The notes beneath the pieces are model-generated. The model saw nothing but the letters and a program-made list of their open reading frames with translations. It was not told the origin of the DNA and made no database searches. A stretch of DNA of 63,976 bases, the filler included, from Reticulomyxa filosa (Eukaryota; Protista; Foraminifera), in NCBI GenBank assembly GCA_000512085.1. It is 24 parts of 24 records of this genome, joined end to end, with 100 filler letters (N's around TTAATTAATTAA, not from the genome) between each part and the next. Parts side by side here need not be neighbours in the genome. Positions count along the whole stretch, not along the records: positions 1 to 5,358 come from ASPP01010666.1; positions 5,459 to 11,273 come from ASPP01009181.1; positions 11,374 to 14,425 come from ASPP01016240.1; 21 more parts are not named here. One strand, given 5' to 3'. Positions 1 through 13,570 of the stretch are shown here, piece after piece. How positions within the stretch are numbered: position 1 is the stretch's first letter; the number at the start of each line of letters is the position of its first letter. The translations under genes and the position numbers were made by a program.

Positions 1-54
1 TTCTCATTGCACGAACTCGCTTATGTGACATTGTTTTGTGTGTGTGTGTGTCAG

Positions 55-3000
55 AATCAATTGCAATTGATGTATGAACAATCTGAAACATTACGACAGC
101 AGTTGCAAGATAAATTGGATCAACTAACCGAAGAACAGTTTCATCAACAGGTACAGTATCATTTGTCACGATTCTTGATGACACATTCCTCTTTTTTCCC
201 GATACTCACACTTTGTTTGGAAAAATGAATTAGGATCACTTGAAGAAACTCGAGCAGATCCAAAAAGAAAAGGATAAAAGCACAGAACGGATTCACAGTC
301 TTTTGAAAGAAATCAAGGACTTGGATGAACTTTTGAATGAAACTCAAAATGAAAAAGACAATCTTACAAACGAAATGGAGGAACAATCGCAACAACTTGA
401 TACAATAAAATCAGAAAATCGATCTCTTTCTGACCAATTATCTCAATTACAAATAGAAAACAACAAATTGCAGGTCTTTTTATATATGCATATATGTGTA
501 TATACACATATACATATATAAGACATATCATCTCAATATTGTTATCATCAATCACTATTTATAATTCGTTGAAATTAAAACAATAGAAGGATTTCGAGCA
601 AATGAAAACATTACACACCCAGCTTCAAAGCCTCAAGAATGATAATGAACAGCTTAAAAAGCAAACCACTTTATTTGCGGTGTGTTTATTTTTGTGATTT
701 GCGTTTGTTTTGAGCGATTGTTATGAGAAATGGGAAATGCAGTTTTATCCATAAAAATAATATGTTTTTAGAACAATATTAAAGACAAAGAACGTGACAT
801 AATCGAATTGCAAAAGCAATTGGAAGATAGCACAGAACAAGCGAATAGCCAACAAGAACTCCTAAAAATCGAGATCGAGGACTGGAAAAAAATAAATGAA
901 AAAAAAGAAAGTGAATGGGAAACTCTGAAATTGGAATTGAATGAATCAACGAAAGAAAAAAATAAATGGAAACAGCAAATGGACAATGCTGTTGCACAAT
1001 TAAAAATCGAACAAGCCAATCATCAACATACAAAGCGTGAAATTGAGATGAAATATAATCAAATCAAATCCGAAAAAGAGTCTTTACAAAATGAAATGGA
1101 TTCACTTCAAAGTGAACATGAAAGTTTGCAACAGGATTATCGTAGCATGGAAAGAGAGAAAGCCAAATGGGATGCATTGAGTGAACAATTGGAAAAAAAT
1201 AAAGTATTTTATCCTATGATGTGTGTTGTGTGTATTTTAATGTGCACGAAAATGTCAGATATGGATTACACAAACATGTTACATAAAAAAAGGTGGAGTT
1301 GGCAGATTTAAAAAAGTTGCGACAAGAGAGCATTGAAAATAACAAGCGCATACAATCCTTACTAAAAGAAGCTCAAAACTTACAAACATTGTTGGACGAA
1401 TCACAAAGCAACAAAGGTGAATTAATGACCAAAATTGAGGAATTGGAGGAGCAATTGCAAGACAAAAATAAAGTGCTTGAAGAACAAGAGCTTCTGCGCC
1501 AGCAAGTCGCCACGTTACAAAATCAAAATGCTTCCTTGCAAGTATGTTTATTTTCTTACAAAAAAAAAAGAAATGGAGTGGAATATGTTATATAAAACTA
1601 TCAAAAGGTGGTGGCAGATGAAGTTGAAGACTTGAAAACGAAAACAGAGACACTTACAAATGAAAAAAAATTATTGGAAAATCGCATCTCTTTATTGCAA
1701 GTGTGTATTTGTGTTTATTCTAAATAAAAAAAACAACATAAGATTTGACTTTGCAATTTGAAATGGAAATAGGAAGAAGTAATAGAAAAGAATAGTTTGA
1801 AAGAGGAGGCTATCCAAAGCAAGGAGCAAATCAATAAATTGACAAAAGAAAAAGAAAAGGCGACAAAAGAATTGAATGAAACCAAGACAGACTTGGAAAC
1901 CAAAGTTGACACTTTTCAACATCGAATAAACGAGTTGGAATCTTGTGAATCCGAGCTCTTGAAACTAAAACAACAACATGACGACTTGCAAGTCTGTTAT
2001 GCCATTCTATTTTATCATTTTCATTCCATTCACAAACACAGCTTTTTTTTTTTCTCTCAGTTTATTCTCCTTTTTTCAAATGTACACTTGTATTTATGTA
2101 TTTATTTCAACAAAAAAGAAAAAATGGACGGCGTTAGAGCAAACGCAAGAAGAAAATCTGAAAGACAAAGAAATGGTGATGAAACTTCAAAAGGAGATCA
2201 AAGACTTGGCGAGTTTATTGGACGACTCCCAAACAGAAAGAGAAATATTAGTGGGAAGAGTCAGTGAATTGGAAGATCAATTGCAAGACACTGAGTCCAT
2301 CCGAACCGAATGGCAAAATTTGAAAGAAACAAAACAAGATTTGGAAACGAAAGCGGCTGAATTGATCAAGACTCACAATGACAAACTCCAAAACTTGGAG
2401 AGTCAACTAACGTCATTGCGGGACAATGTCAAAAACAAAGAAGATCACATAACTCAATTACAAAGACAATTGGAACAAAGCGCAGAACAAACAAATAGTA
2501 AACAAGAACAGCTAAAGATAGAACTGAAAGACTGGGAAAAAAAGGTGCAAAGTATGGAGAGTGAATTGGAAACCCTGAAATCGGAATTGAATGAATCAAC
2601 GAAAGAAAAAAATAAATGGAAACAGCAAATGGACGATGCTGCTGCACAATTAAAAACTGAACAAGACAATCATCAAAGTATAAAGCATGAAATTGAAGTG
2701 AAATATAATCAAGTCAAATCCGAAAAAGAGTCTTTACAAAGTGAAATAGATTCACTTCAAAGCAAATATGAGCATTTGCAACAGGATCATCGTAGCATGG
2801 AAAGAGAGAAAGCCAAATGGGATGCATTGAGTGAACAATTGGAACAATTGCAAGACGCTCAAGTTTTGTTGTTTGGATTGTTGTTTTGTGAGATATTTCT
2901 TTGTGTCCAAATTGATGTAAACAAACAGAAGAATTTACAGTCGATGTATGAAGAATCCGAAAAAAATAAAAAAGAGTTGCAAACAACGCTAAAAAGCAAA

Positions 3001-5358
3001 GAGAAAGAACTGAGATCCGAACAAGAAAAAAAACAAGCGTTACATACGGAGTTCGAAACACTGACAGCGTCTCTAACAAATGCTCAACAACGCCAAGCAA
3101 TTCTTCAAGAACAATATGATTTGGTATACTTATTTTGTGTAATTTTTTTTATGCATTGAACCTATTTTCTTTCTTTGCTGTATTAAACAGATAGAAGCAG
3201 AAAGGAATAAATTAAAAGAAGAAGTGAAAACTCAAAAGGCAGAAGTGGAAATACCACAAAAAGCAAAATATTTTGTCGAGGAAGTTTTGTGTGTCAATTA
3301 AATTTTTTTTTCTTTGAATTCTGCATCTTTTTCTTTTTTTAAATAAAACAGATACCAATAGATGATGAGCAATCAACACCCTTTCTTTTGAAGATGAAAT
3401 CCAAAGAGACAGAAAACAATGAGGTAGAACAAATGACAAAGCAAATTGAGAAATTGACAGAAAAAAACGAAAGACAGCAACAGCAGTTGAAACAAGCAAG
3501 TGCAAACATAAAAAAAAATAAAGGAAGCATATACAAAACAAAAAGAAGAATTGGCAAAAGGCAAACAAGAATTGCAAGCAATGAGAGAAATGACGGAAAC
3601 AAGTGAACGTCAATTGCACAAAAAAGAGGACGAAGCATCCGCAAATCAACACAAATACAACGAATTGCAAAAGGAACATAATCAATTGAAAGCCAAATAT
3701 GATCAACTTTTAGACGAGCAAGAACAAGAAGATCTCAAAAACAAAATCTTAAAAATGCAGAGAGAGATGTCTAAAGTAAAAGACGATGCCACCGAATGGA
3801 AAAAAAAATGGCAAGCGGTAAAGCAACAATGCGAGGAATTCAAACAAATAAAGAGTATGAACAAGTATGTGTCACGTACTCCTCTTTTGTGTATGTATGT
3901 GTGTACTCTACGACAAATAATATATAACAATAGAGCCTGCAAAAGACCGTACTAGAATTAAGCGATGAACTAAAACAGCAAACCGATAGAATGTCCTATT
4001 ATAACGAGCAATTGTTATCAGCAAAAGAAGTGAATCAAACCTTGAATCGACAGCTTCAACAAATGCAACGAGAAGTCAATGAAGTGAAGAATGCATTAGC
4101 TTGCAGTGATGATGTAAATCCAATCGAACTTAGCTTCCAAGAGTTGCTGGCAGAGCAGCGTCGACGCGTGGAATCCGATCAACAATTGATTCAACAATTG
4201 CAAGCGGATCGCCAATTGCTTCAACAGCGCCATACACAAATGGAAAAGAACTTCGAAACAGCAGATCAAACAAACAGACAAATGACTTTGGAGTTGATTG
4301 GACTACGAAATGAATGCATCAAGTATCGTCAGCTAAAAGAACAATTTGAGACGCCACTGACCTTGGAAGAGAGTGACGATGAAGATGGCGACAATGCAAT
4401 ACACAAATTGAAAGAAAAAAATAGAGCCTTAGAGTTTACTCTTTTTTATTATTTTATTACACAAATGTATGTATATAATACACAAATATCTGTAATCCAT
4501 AATTACAATTGCCAGGCAACAAGTGGCAGAGTTGAAAGAAAAATTGGAAAATACAACCTTGGTTACACCAATGGGAAGCCAATTCGATTTGGACTTGGGA
4601 TTGGATTTGGTTGATCCTTTGACAAATGAAGACAAAGATAAAGATAAAGATAAAAATAATGACAATGGCGCCTCGACTGGAAAAGCGTTGGAAGCTATAT
4701 GGAAAGGTCGTGAAGAGCATTTGCAACAACAAATACGAGCGCTCGAAGCAGAAAAAGGACGATTGTTGCAAACAACGGACCAATTGCGTGAAGAAAATGC
4801 CAACATTTCCAAACAACACCAATCCATACAAAATGAAAAGGGTAAAGTCAATGAAGAGCTAAACCTATGGAAAACTCGATATACCAATGACGAAAAAGGA
4901 TGGCTTGAGGAAAAAGAAAATCAAGCCATTGCCACTCTACAACTGCAAGAAGAAAATAACTCCTTAAAGTTTTTTTTATTTTTCCATTTTATTTATTTTT
5001 TTTTTGCTATATTTCTAAATGGAAATGCACAAAATTAGGCGAGAACTGCAAAAATTAAACCAAGAGAAACACTTGGATCAAAACATGGAAGAGATTGAAA
5101 AAATGTTTTCGATATTTGAACCCGACACGGAAAACAAAGGAAATGCAATTGCAACAATTACAAGTGATATCGCAGGTCCAAGTACAGATACATTTGGATT
5201 CGATCAACAGACAGAGATACAGAGTGATATAAATGAAACACAAGCAAAAGCACAGAGCACAGGAGAGCAGACACAAATTGAACAATTTGAGTCTCCACGA
5301 CGCACTCCAACACCACAACAAGAGCAAGAGCAAGAGCAAGAGCAAGAGCAAGAGCAAG
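55..5358 (+). CDS. Large multi-exon coiled-coil protein, partial at both ends
   Basis: A chain of E/K/Q/L-rich heptad exons (ORFs 240-521, 808-1311, 1293-1595, 1978-3159, 3551-3955, 3991-4614, 4523-5038, 5019-5414) separated by short GT-AG introns, e.g. 680-771, 1204-1292 and 1992-2118. No globular domain recognised. Confidence 0.85.
772..2844 (+). repeat. Intragenic duplication: 772-1194 and 2422-2844 (423 bp, offset 1650)
   Basis: NNIKDKERDIIELQKQLEDSTEQ...EKAKWDALSEQLE aligns with DNVKNKEDHITQLQRQLEQSAEQ...EKAKWDALSEQLE. The last ~55 nt are identical. Confidence 0.95.
5318..5358 (+). repeat. (CAAGAG)n coding microsatellite encoding QE repeats at the contig end
   Basis: Seen directly in the sequence. 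Confidence 0.9.
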
Positions 5359-5458
5359 NNNNNNNNNNNNNNNNNNNNNNNNNNNNNNNNNNNNNNNNNN
5401 NNTTAATTAATTAANNNNNNNNNNNNNNNNNNNNNNNNNNNNNNNNNNNNNNNNNNNN
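5359..5458. other. Artificial contig spacer (N44-TTAATTAATTAA-N44), first of 23
   Basis: Identical 100-nt linkers with stops in all six frames start at 5359, 11274, 14426, 15809, 19083, 20597, 22386, 23771, 28096, 30804, 32180, 35525, 38277, 40625, 42150, 43862, 46363, 49841, 50946, 52476, 54840, 59886 and 61225. Confidence 0.99.
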
Positions 5459-5461
5459 GTT

Positions 5462-5502
<41 letters not shown>

Positions 5503-5639
5503 ATAAATTTCAAATATATGTTTGTTTGTTTGTTTGTTTGTTTGTGTGCATATATGATCGCGATTTAGAAAAAAAATTGTTGTCAGATGATATTACATAG
5601 AATATGTTTATGTAAAGTGTAGTTTCATTAACACGACAA

Positions 5640-6419
5640 CGCCATCTGGCACATCTGGCAATACAGAGCGACATACTTGAGACAAGTAATTGCGCAAGAA
5701 CAATCCACGGGTTGGATGCTGCACTCCTTTCGACAATTCCACCACATCAAATATTGTCTTCATCACATCTTCGTGCCACTCTTTGTACGCTTTCAGCTTC
5801 ACGCTTGCCACGGTTATTAACAAGTACAATCGTGGCACTATGTTCCCACAAAATTGCACTCGATTATATAATTCTGTTAACCACTCCAATGCTGTCGTCT
5901 CATTGCTTTTTTGTTTTTCTCGAAATTTGTCCAGTATATATGTTTCGAAATGTGTCAACTCGGATGTTACGATCATCTTTTATCCAATTTGTTATTTTTT
6001 GTTTGTTTGTTTGTTTGCTTGTTTGCTTGTTTGCTTGTTTGCTTGTTTGTTTTTCTGTTCCTTTGTAGTCCCTTCTCATCAAAAATTAGAACGCGAATTA
6101 TCGCAAACGCTCAAAAATTGCTAACTTAACATAGAGCTCATAGTAACGTGTGGGTAATAATTTTGATGTTCTGAGCTCTCCTATCATTGTGTAAGCATGT
6201 TTTATTGCATCGTGCAAGCGATCTTTATCCAGCTCTTCTTGCATGTAAAATGCACTACGACGAACATTTTCGGTCGCGTCTTTCTATTGTATTACATTTA
6301 TTGTTTTGTTCTGTTTTCAGTCCTTTTGCTTCTCTTATTCTCTTTTTTTTTTTCTTTTCTCTCAAATTTCACCAAACGAAGTATCTTTCTTGCTCTTCTG
6401 GGTTATTTCCTTCGCTCAT
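5640..6419 (-). CDS. VPS35: Retromer subunit VPS35, N-terminal exons (3' part runs off the contig)
   Basis: Spliced reading: MSEGNNPEEQERYF|KDATENVRRSAFYMQEELDKDRLHDAIKHAYTMIGELRTSKLLPTRYYELY|MIV...ELYNRVQFCGNIVPRLYLLITV...GVQHPTRGLFLRNYL. Contains the hallmark PRLYL and ELRTS.L.P..YYELY motifs. Confidence 0.95.
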
Positions 6420-7727
6420 GGAAATTAGAAAGTATACGGGGGTTTTTTTTGTTTGTTTTTGTTGGAACGAGGAGAGAAAGACTCCAGTCTTTAACTTTTT
6501 GTGGCAACAGGTAATACAAAAAGTTTCTTTGCTCTAAAAATACCTTACAAGAAAATATTCGCGTCTTATTGAAAGTTTCTTGTAAATATAGTGAATGCAA
6601 AAGAAAGTTGATACAAAACGACACCTTATAGAGATGATTATTTTCTCCATGAAGAAACAACATTTAAACATAATTTTTTAAAATATACAAGAGCCTTGTA
6701 ACTTTTAAATATGATTTGGTTTTTATTAAATATTTAATAATTGTTTCAAAATTTGAATATTTCATTGGTGTTTGTAAATTTTTAAGAAAAAGCTTATAAT
6801 GCTGTGGTAAGTTGACTAGCTTGTCCAGACTGAAATGTCAAGTGTAATACGAATAGTTGCTCTTTAAACAATCTTTCAAAAACAAAATTAGTTTAAATAA
6901 AAGAAAAAAATAGAACAACAACGACAATAACAACAACAAGAGAATAAGATAAGTTGGAAGAAAAGGTATGTAAGTAAGTTGTTGTAAAAAAGGGGTTACG
7001 CAGGAACTTCCTTACACTGTTAGGGCCTTGCCCTACATGACGCAAAGAGTTTTGTTTGCATTTTGCCACTTTCATGTGATTTGACGCTTCAACTAGTTTA
7101 TGCTTTATTAGCGCGATGTCAATTACTACATATATATTCACAATACTTCTTCTTTTTTATACTATAGTTATATTGTTAAATATGATTGTCAGTTTTGAGG
7201 ATAGGCCTTTCTCTTTCTTAGTTTTGTGTTGTTGGAACGTGTACTTTTTCTGAAGATGCGATGCAAGACAACTGTTATCTTTTTTTTCATAAATTTTTTT
7301 GATGATACAAATCACCGCTACATGTATTCGAAAGAAAGTGATACTATAGTGGATGTTGTCGCGAAAAATTATCATGCACGAACAAGTTCGACAGTCTTTT
7401 GTAATTTTTCTTGAAGAAGCCACCTCCTCCTGTTCAAAAATGTGTTTCCTTTAGCCATAAGGCAGAATAAATCTGTGAATCACCTTCAGAAAGTTTGTTT
7501 CTGCTTGTCGTTGTTGAAAATATCAGTGGATACCCTTTTTTTTTTTTGCAGCTTGAAAAAGTTTGTCTAGCTTTATTTTATTTATTATTGATAGAATAAA
7601 TAAATCAGAAAGTTTGATATTTGAAATACTTTTTATTGGCAATACTTTGAACTTGAGATGTTTTATTCTTGGAAACTTTTTTTTTTTGAATTTTTTTTAT
7701 CAAGCATCAACAATATCGGAATCGATC

Positions 7728-8557
7728 ATGTCAAGCACAGAAAAACTATATTCGTACGACTATGAAGATGAGGAAGAGGAAATATCGGATTGGGAAGAAG
7801 ATGATGATGCGGAAGACGGAGAAACAGAAAGAAAGAGTGAGGAGATAAAACGAGGACAGGAACAAACGCAGAAGAATGGCAGTGTGTCAAGCGAGAAGCC
7901 TTTGTACGAATGTTTATCACGAGAGCAAGTGTTATCATCAATGGAGGCATTGATCCAAGACGTGAGTCACCTAACGTCATTGGACTCAGGAATAGTATCG
8001 GCGTTGTTGCGACGCTATCAATGGAGTAAAGAGCGATTGATGGATAAATTTTTCGAGTGCGACAATATAGTGAAATTTCATAAATTGGACATGTGTGTGA
8101 AAGAGAAGCTCGACGCGGAGCAACAGAAACCAAAGCATGAATGTGGGATATGTTGTGAAGAGGTGGATATAAGGAATACGATCGCATTACAATGCAAGCA
8201 TCGTTTTTGCGTGGAGTGTTGGCAGGACTACATTTTGGAGAAAATTCGCAGTGCCATGATCGGATGCGTGACAATGACATGCCCAGGACATAAGTGTACC
8301 GTGCCTTTATTGGATTGGTTTGTGAAGGACATGTTATTGAATGAGAAAAGGAAGCCACAAAGTCAAAGTCAGGGTCGACAGACCCGAATGGATGACATGT
8401 GGAAAAAATACGAGCTGCAATTGATTCGTTCTTTTTTGACGAGCGAAAGCAAGCAAAACGAATATTTGCCTTGTATGAATCCGAAAGGGGCTTGTGACGC
8501 GGTCATTCACGTACATGCATTTCAAAACGAACACACAAAAAGGGAAGAGATAATAAC

Positions 8558-8588
<31 letters not shown>

Positions 8589-8593
8589 GTAAC

Positions 8594-8652
<59 letters not shown>

Positions 8653-9469
8653 TGACATCACAACGATGGGAAACAGGAAAGAGTATTGTATAAAGTGCAA
8701 GTATTGCGAATACGAGTTTTGTCTAAAGTGCAAAGAGGAATGGCATGAACCGGTGACCTGCGAGCAGTTTCAAGAGTGGAGCGCCAAGTGTGCAAAGGAG
8801 TGCGATAATGCGAAGTGGATTATTGTGAACACGAAGAAATGCCCGAGTTGTTATTGCCGAATTGAAAAGTCGCAAGGATGCAATCATATGGTGTGCATGC
8901 AATGCAATCACGAGTTCTGTTGGGTGTGTATGGGCAGTTGGAAGGAACATGGGAACCACACAGGAGGGTTTTATAAATGCAATCAGTACAAGCCCAATGA
9001 GACCACGAATAAGACCAAAACGAGCAGAGAAGAGGAGTTGGATAAGTATGTGCATTACTATAATCGTTATTATAACCATCAACAGTCGAGGGAATACCTC
9101 TCCAAAAACACGTATAAAATCATTCAACGCATGAAAGAAATGCAGGCAACGGAAAAAACCAAATCGTGGATTGATGTCGACTTTTTAATCCATGCCCACA
9201 AAACCATTCTCAAATGTCGACAAATACTCAAATATACTTACGTTTTTGCTTACTATTTGCAACCGAGCAAAGAAAAAGAACTCTTTGAGTTTCTACAACA
9301 AGAACTCGAAAAAAACACGGAAATACTCCACGAAATGACCGAAGAGCAAAGCCAAATACCTTCCATCGATCCCGCCAGTGTCAGAAATTACACCAACATC
9401 ACTTCTCATTTTGCCACGCAGCTGCTCGAAGGGATACGCAATGGCTTGACTCAAAAAAATGTTAAATAA
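7728..9469 (+). CDS. ARIH1: Ariadne-family RBR (RING1-IBR-RING2) E3 ubiquitin ligase
   Basis: Acidic N-terminus, UBA-like LLRRYQWSKERLMDKFF, RING1 CGICC...CKHRFCVECWQDY, IBR, RING2 KKCPSCYCRIEKSQGCNHMVCMQCNHEFCWVC and Ariadne domain (HYYNRY...CRQILKYTYVFAYY...FEFLQQELEKNTE). The two ORFs are joined by a putative 32-nt intron at 8511-8542. Confidence 0.93.
8550..8653 (+). repeat. (AAT)n microsatellite inside the Ariadne gene (poly-Asn if exonic)
   Basis: Seen directly in the sequence. Confidence 0.95.
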
Positions 9470-10319
9470 AATTTTCTTTTTGAGACAACGCGAAAGTTTC
9501 ATTACCCCCAAAGTAAAAAAGGGGGTAGAAGAAAAAAAAAAAGGGGAGGGGAAAAGGGGAGAGGGGAAAAGATGAGGTTACTACATATCTACCACACATT
9601 TTTATATGTAGTGACTCATGCAAGCATTTTAGGATATTAAAAATAAATATAAAATTAAAAAAAAAATACAACTTGCCATTTTGCATAACGATCCCCGACT
9701 CTTTTTCATAACATTCGTTTTTGTTTTGTTTGTTTAAATTACTCCATGGATCCTTACTTTGCCGACAAAGAGGGACTCTTTTGGCATCTGAACTTGTGTT
9801 GCCGAAATCTATACAAAATATTATTGTCAACACTTTTTTTCCCTTCCAACATATCTCTTTCTAAGTTTAGAAGAAAATGTTTTTACTGGTCCATTTTTTA
9901 ATTTAATAGAATGTTCCACACCAAAATTGGAAATTAAAACTTCCATTTTAAAGTGAGAAAGCGAAGTAAATTGCAATTTCATTTGTAACAATGCAAAACA
10001 TCATTTGGACAATGGTATGAAATATAGTCGTTTTCTTTTCTCATCATGAGATAAGAACTGGAAAAAAAAGGGGGGGGAAGATAAAAAAATATGGTCCGGC
10101 ACAAATGTGTGGCAAAAAATTTGAATTATTTGGAGAAGGAATTTAAAAAGTTTTCCATTTTCAAAAAAATAAAAACATGTGAAACGGGCAAGGAAGTAAC
10201 GCAAACTTGTTGTTTTGCCGTACGTAACTTAAACTGGGATACATAGGAATGTGCAGAAGCATCTGTCATTGGAGAGTACCGAAGAGAAATGGAGAAAAAA
10301 TAGCAATGGCGAAAGTGTA

Positions 10320-11234
10320 ATGAGTGAATACACAAGCAACGACATAAAGCATGTACCTAATTTGGTGGGATGTATACTGTATCCATTGTTGAATGAAACA
10401 AAGAACACGAGAACGGAGGAAGAAAAGCAAAAGCAAAAGCAGAAACAGAAGCAAAAATTGCTGACGAGGCCAAAAGGGGAAGAATTGAATGAGAATGAAA
10501 AAGAAAAAGGGACGAATGTATTTCCAAAGCAATATGGAATCGAAGAATCATTTTATTTGAAAGAAGCAAAAAAAGCAAAGAATTATTTTCAAGATTGGAT
10601 CGAAGAATTGTGTGAAGGAAAGGGATTGAATATGAATGAAATGGATGACAGTTTGGAACACGTTGAAATTCTGAAGAGATATTGGAATAGTTACAACAAC
10701 CCCAATGGATTGAGCGATTTGACTAACTATGAAAAGATGTTATTGGGATGTTATGAAAGAAGCCTTATGGATTTGATTGATGTGGAATGGCCATTGGAGC
10801 AATGGTATCGCTATCAATCCTATGAGTATCACATTCATTCATCTGCAAACCAACAGCAACAGCAACAGCAACAGCAGCAGCAATGTATAACTACAGAATT
10901 AAAACAACATTGGAAAGAAGTATATTTGGAATTCATTCCACAAGAAATTCAATTTCGATTGTCCGTGATCATGGGAATTACTTCAATGTGGACTTCACCT
11001 TTGTTTTGTCATGTCCCTGGCTATCGCACTGACAATAGCAAGGACAAAGACAAAGGCACTCGCACAAAGGCTCTCTGGACAGCACATTCAAGATGTGTCT
11101 CTGTACAAGATCTGTTGGAATATTGTCAAAATTGAGACCTTTTGTAACAATATTGATATCACTGATATCCATCAACTCCAAAAAGACACCGTTTTGTTTG
11201 CCAACTTTCTTGATCATAGCAAGATGATTGAAAA

Positions 11235-11236
<2 letters not shown>
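10320..11236 (+). CDS. Hypothetical protein with QK and poly-Q tracts, 3' partial
   Basis: Long purine-rich ORF (10251-11135) with a probable continuation in ORF 11011-11236. No domain recognised. Confidence 0.6.
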
Positions 11237-11273
<37 letters not shown>

Positions 11274-11455
11274 NNNNNNNNNNNNNNNNNNNNNNNNNNN
11301 NNNNNNNNNNNNNNNNNTTAATTAATTAANNNNNNNNNNNNNNNNNNNNNNNNNNNNNNNNNNNNNNNNNNNNTTTTTTTTTTTTAAAAATGAAACTTAA
11401 ATCCAAATGCTTACAAAATAACAAATGAGCCTTGAGACAACAGAATTTATTGAGG

Positions 11456-13570
11456 TTAGCTAGTGCCAAATTGAATGCCTTGTGCCAGAGTGAGAGTAGA
11501 AGAATAATTAATTGTGCATGTTGATCTTCTCATGTATTGTTTCCAAGAGTCTGAACCCGATTCTCTGCCACTTCCAGTTTCTTTTTCTCCACCAAAGGCC
11601 CCTCCCTTTGATTATTTTCAAATTTGATGTTATTGCTCATTTGTGCAAATATTTGTTTGTGATAAACAAGCAAACAAGCAAACAAACAAAAACACAAAAC
11701 AATTTCAGCGCCAGATGTTCCAATGTTGACATTGACGATGCCGCAGTCCGAGCCCAAAGGTCCCAACCAATTGAATACGAGATCATTCCTTTTAGTAAAC
11801 AAAGAACTGCTCAGTCCATGTTTAACAGAGTTATGCATTTGGACAACTTCTTCAAAGCTTTGGAATTTCATGACATACAAGACAGGAGCAAACAATTCTT
11901 CATGAACAAAAGGTTCATTGGACGTGGTAACCACAATGGTAGGTTCGACAAAATTCCCGTGTTTAAATTGATTATCTTTGAGCACACGACCGCCAAACAC
12001 AATCTTTGAGTGTTCATTTTTTTTTACTGCGTCAATGCCTTTCTCAAAGTCTTTAACAGCATCTTGCGTGATCAATGGACCACACAAAGTTTTGGGATCC
12101 AATGGATCGCCAACGTGCACATGTTTATACCTTTCAATCAATCGCGACAAAAACTCGTCATAGATTTTGCTGTGCAAAAACAAACGACGCAATGTGGTGC
12201 ATCTCTGTCCAGCAGTGCCTACGGCTGCAAACAATACCGCATTCAACGCAAGATCGAGATCCGCGTCATCCATTATTATAGCCCCATTATTTCCGCCCAG
12301 CTCCATTATTGACTTCCCGAATCTTTTTGCAATTTGTTCATGCACGTTGCGTCCCACCTCGGTGCTACCCGTAAAAGATATCAGCTCGAGTCGTTTATCG
12401 GGTCCGAATTTGCTCCCAACTTCGCGTCCACTCCCTTTTTTTTTTTTTGTGTTGAATTATACGTACAAAATGCCATAAGAGCTTCCTGAATTAATGAATA
12501 AACAAAATTTAATAAATAAATAAAATCAATGAATAAAAAATCGAATGAACCGCACCGGTAATGACACAAGCAATTTGCGGTGGAAATCCACAATCTTCAA
12601 AGGCCTGATGCATGATTCTGGCAGTGGCCAAAGTGATCAATGGCACAGTGGATGCTCCTTTCCATAGTTGCGTATTTCCGCACACTAGAGATATCGCACT
12701 ATTCCAAAATGCCACTGCAACGGGAAAGTTAAATGCGGTTATTATGCCGACATGTCCTCTCAATGGGTTCCAACACTCTTTTTTTTATTTTTTTTAAAAA
12801 AAAAAAAAAATACATATATATTGTATACGCACATATATGGCATACAAATGTACATAATTCACATATTGTGACATGAAGTCATAATTGTAACAAAAAAATA
12901 AAAAATAAAAATAAAAGCAAAGCTGGACACTGCAAGCGAAATTTATGTTGTATGTTTTTTTGAGGTCATATAGTTCAGTCTAGTTCTAACCAAGCATCAT
13001 ATGTCCTGGTCTTTCACTTGGTATCACTTGGCCGTTCATGCTTCGAGACAAACCGACTGCAAAGTCACAAATATCAATTGCTTCTTGCACTTCTCCCTCG
13101 CCTTCTGCCAAAATTTTTCCGTTTTCTAATGATACCAACATCCCCAATGACTGTATCCCCCCCATTTTTTTTTTTTTTTTTTGTGTATGTTTTTTTCCTA
13201 GGAGACAAAGGGGGCCACACAAAGTGCACTTTCAAACTTTTTTCTTTTTTCGAAGGATTTCGCCCATTCGTCGAACCACTTCACCTCGTTTAGGTGCTGG
13301 TGTCAACGCCCATTTGTTTTTCACTTTTGACATGGCTTCGATACACTTCTCATAGTCTTCGCTTGTTCCGGTTTTTATTTTGCCTAACAACTTGTTGTTA
13401 CAAGGGTTTCGTGATTCGAGCTCGGTTCCGCTTGCTTTCCATTCCCCGTAGAATACACCCACGTTTGCTGAAGTACTACTTAGGCCTAAGTCGGACAATA
13501 TCTCCTCAAGTGTCATCTTTGAAGGCTCTTCCTTTTTTTCAGTGTGTTCCGTTTCTGGTTTATGAGTCAT
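11456..13570 (-). CDS. ALDH7A1: Aldehyde dehydrogenase family 7 (antiquitin / alpha-aminoadipic semialdehyde dehydrogenase), multi-exon, apparently complete
   Basis: [122 protein letters not shown]...[10 protein letters not shown]. Confidence 0.97.

Noticed and set aside
8503-8733. Poly-Leu, poly-Ile, poly-His and poly-Met ORFs and many hydrophobic antisense ORFs in the track
   Set aside because: They are off-frame or antisense readings of microsatellites and purine-rich coding strands.
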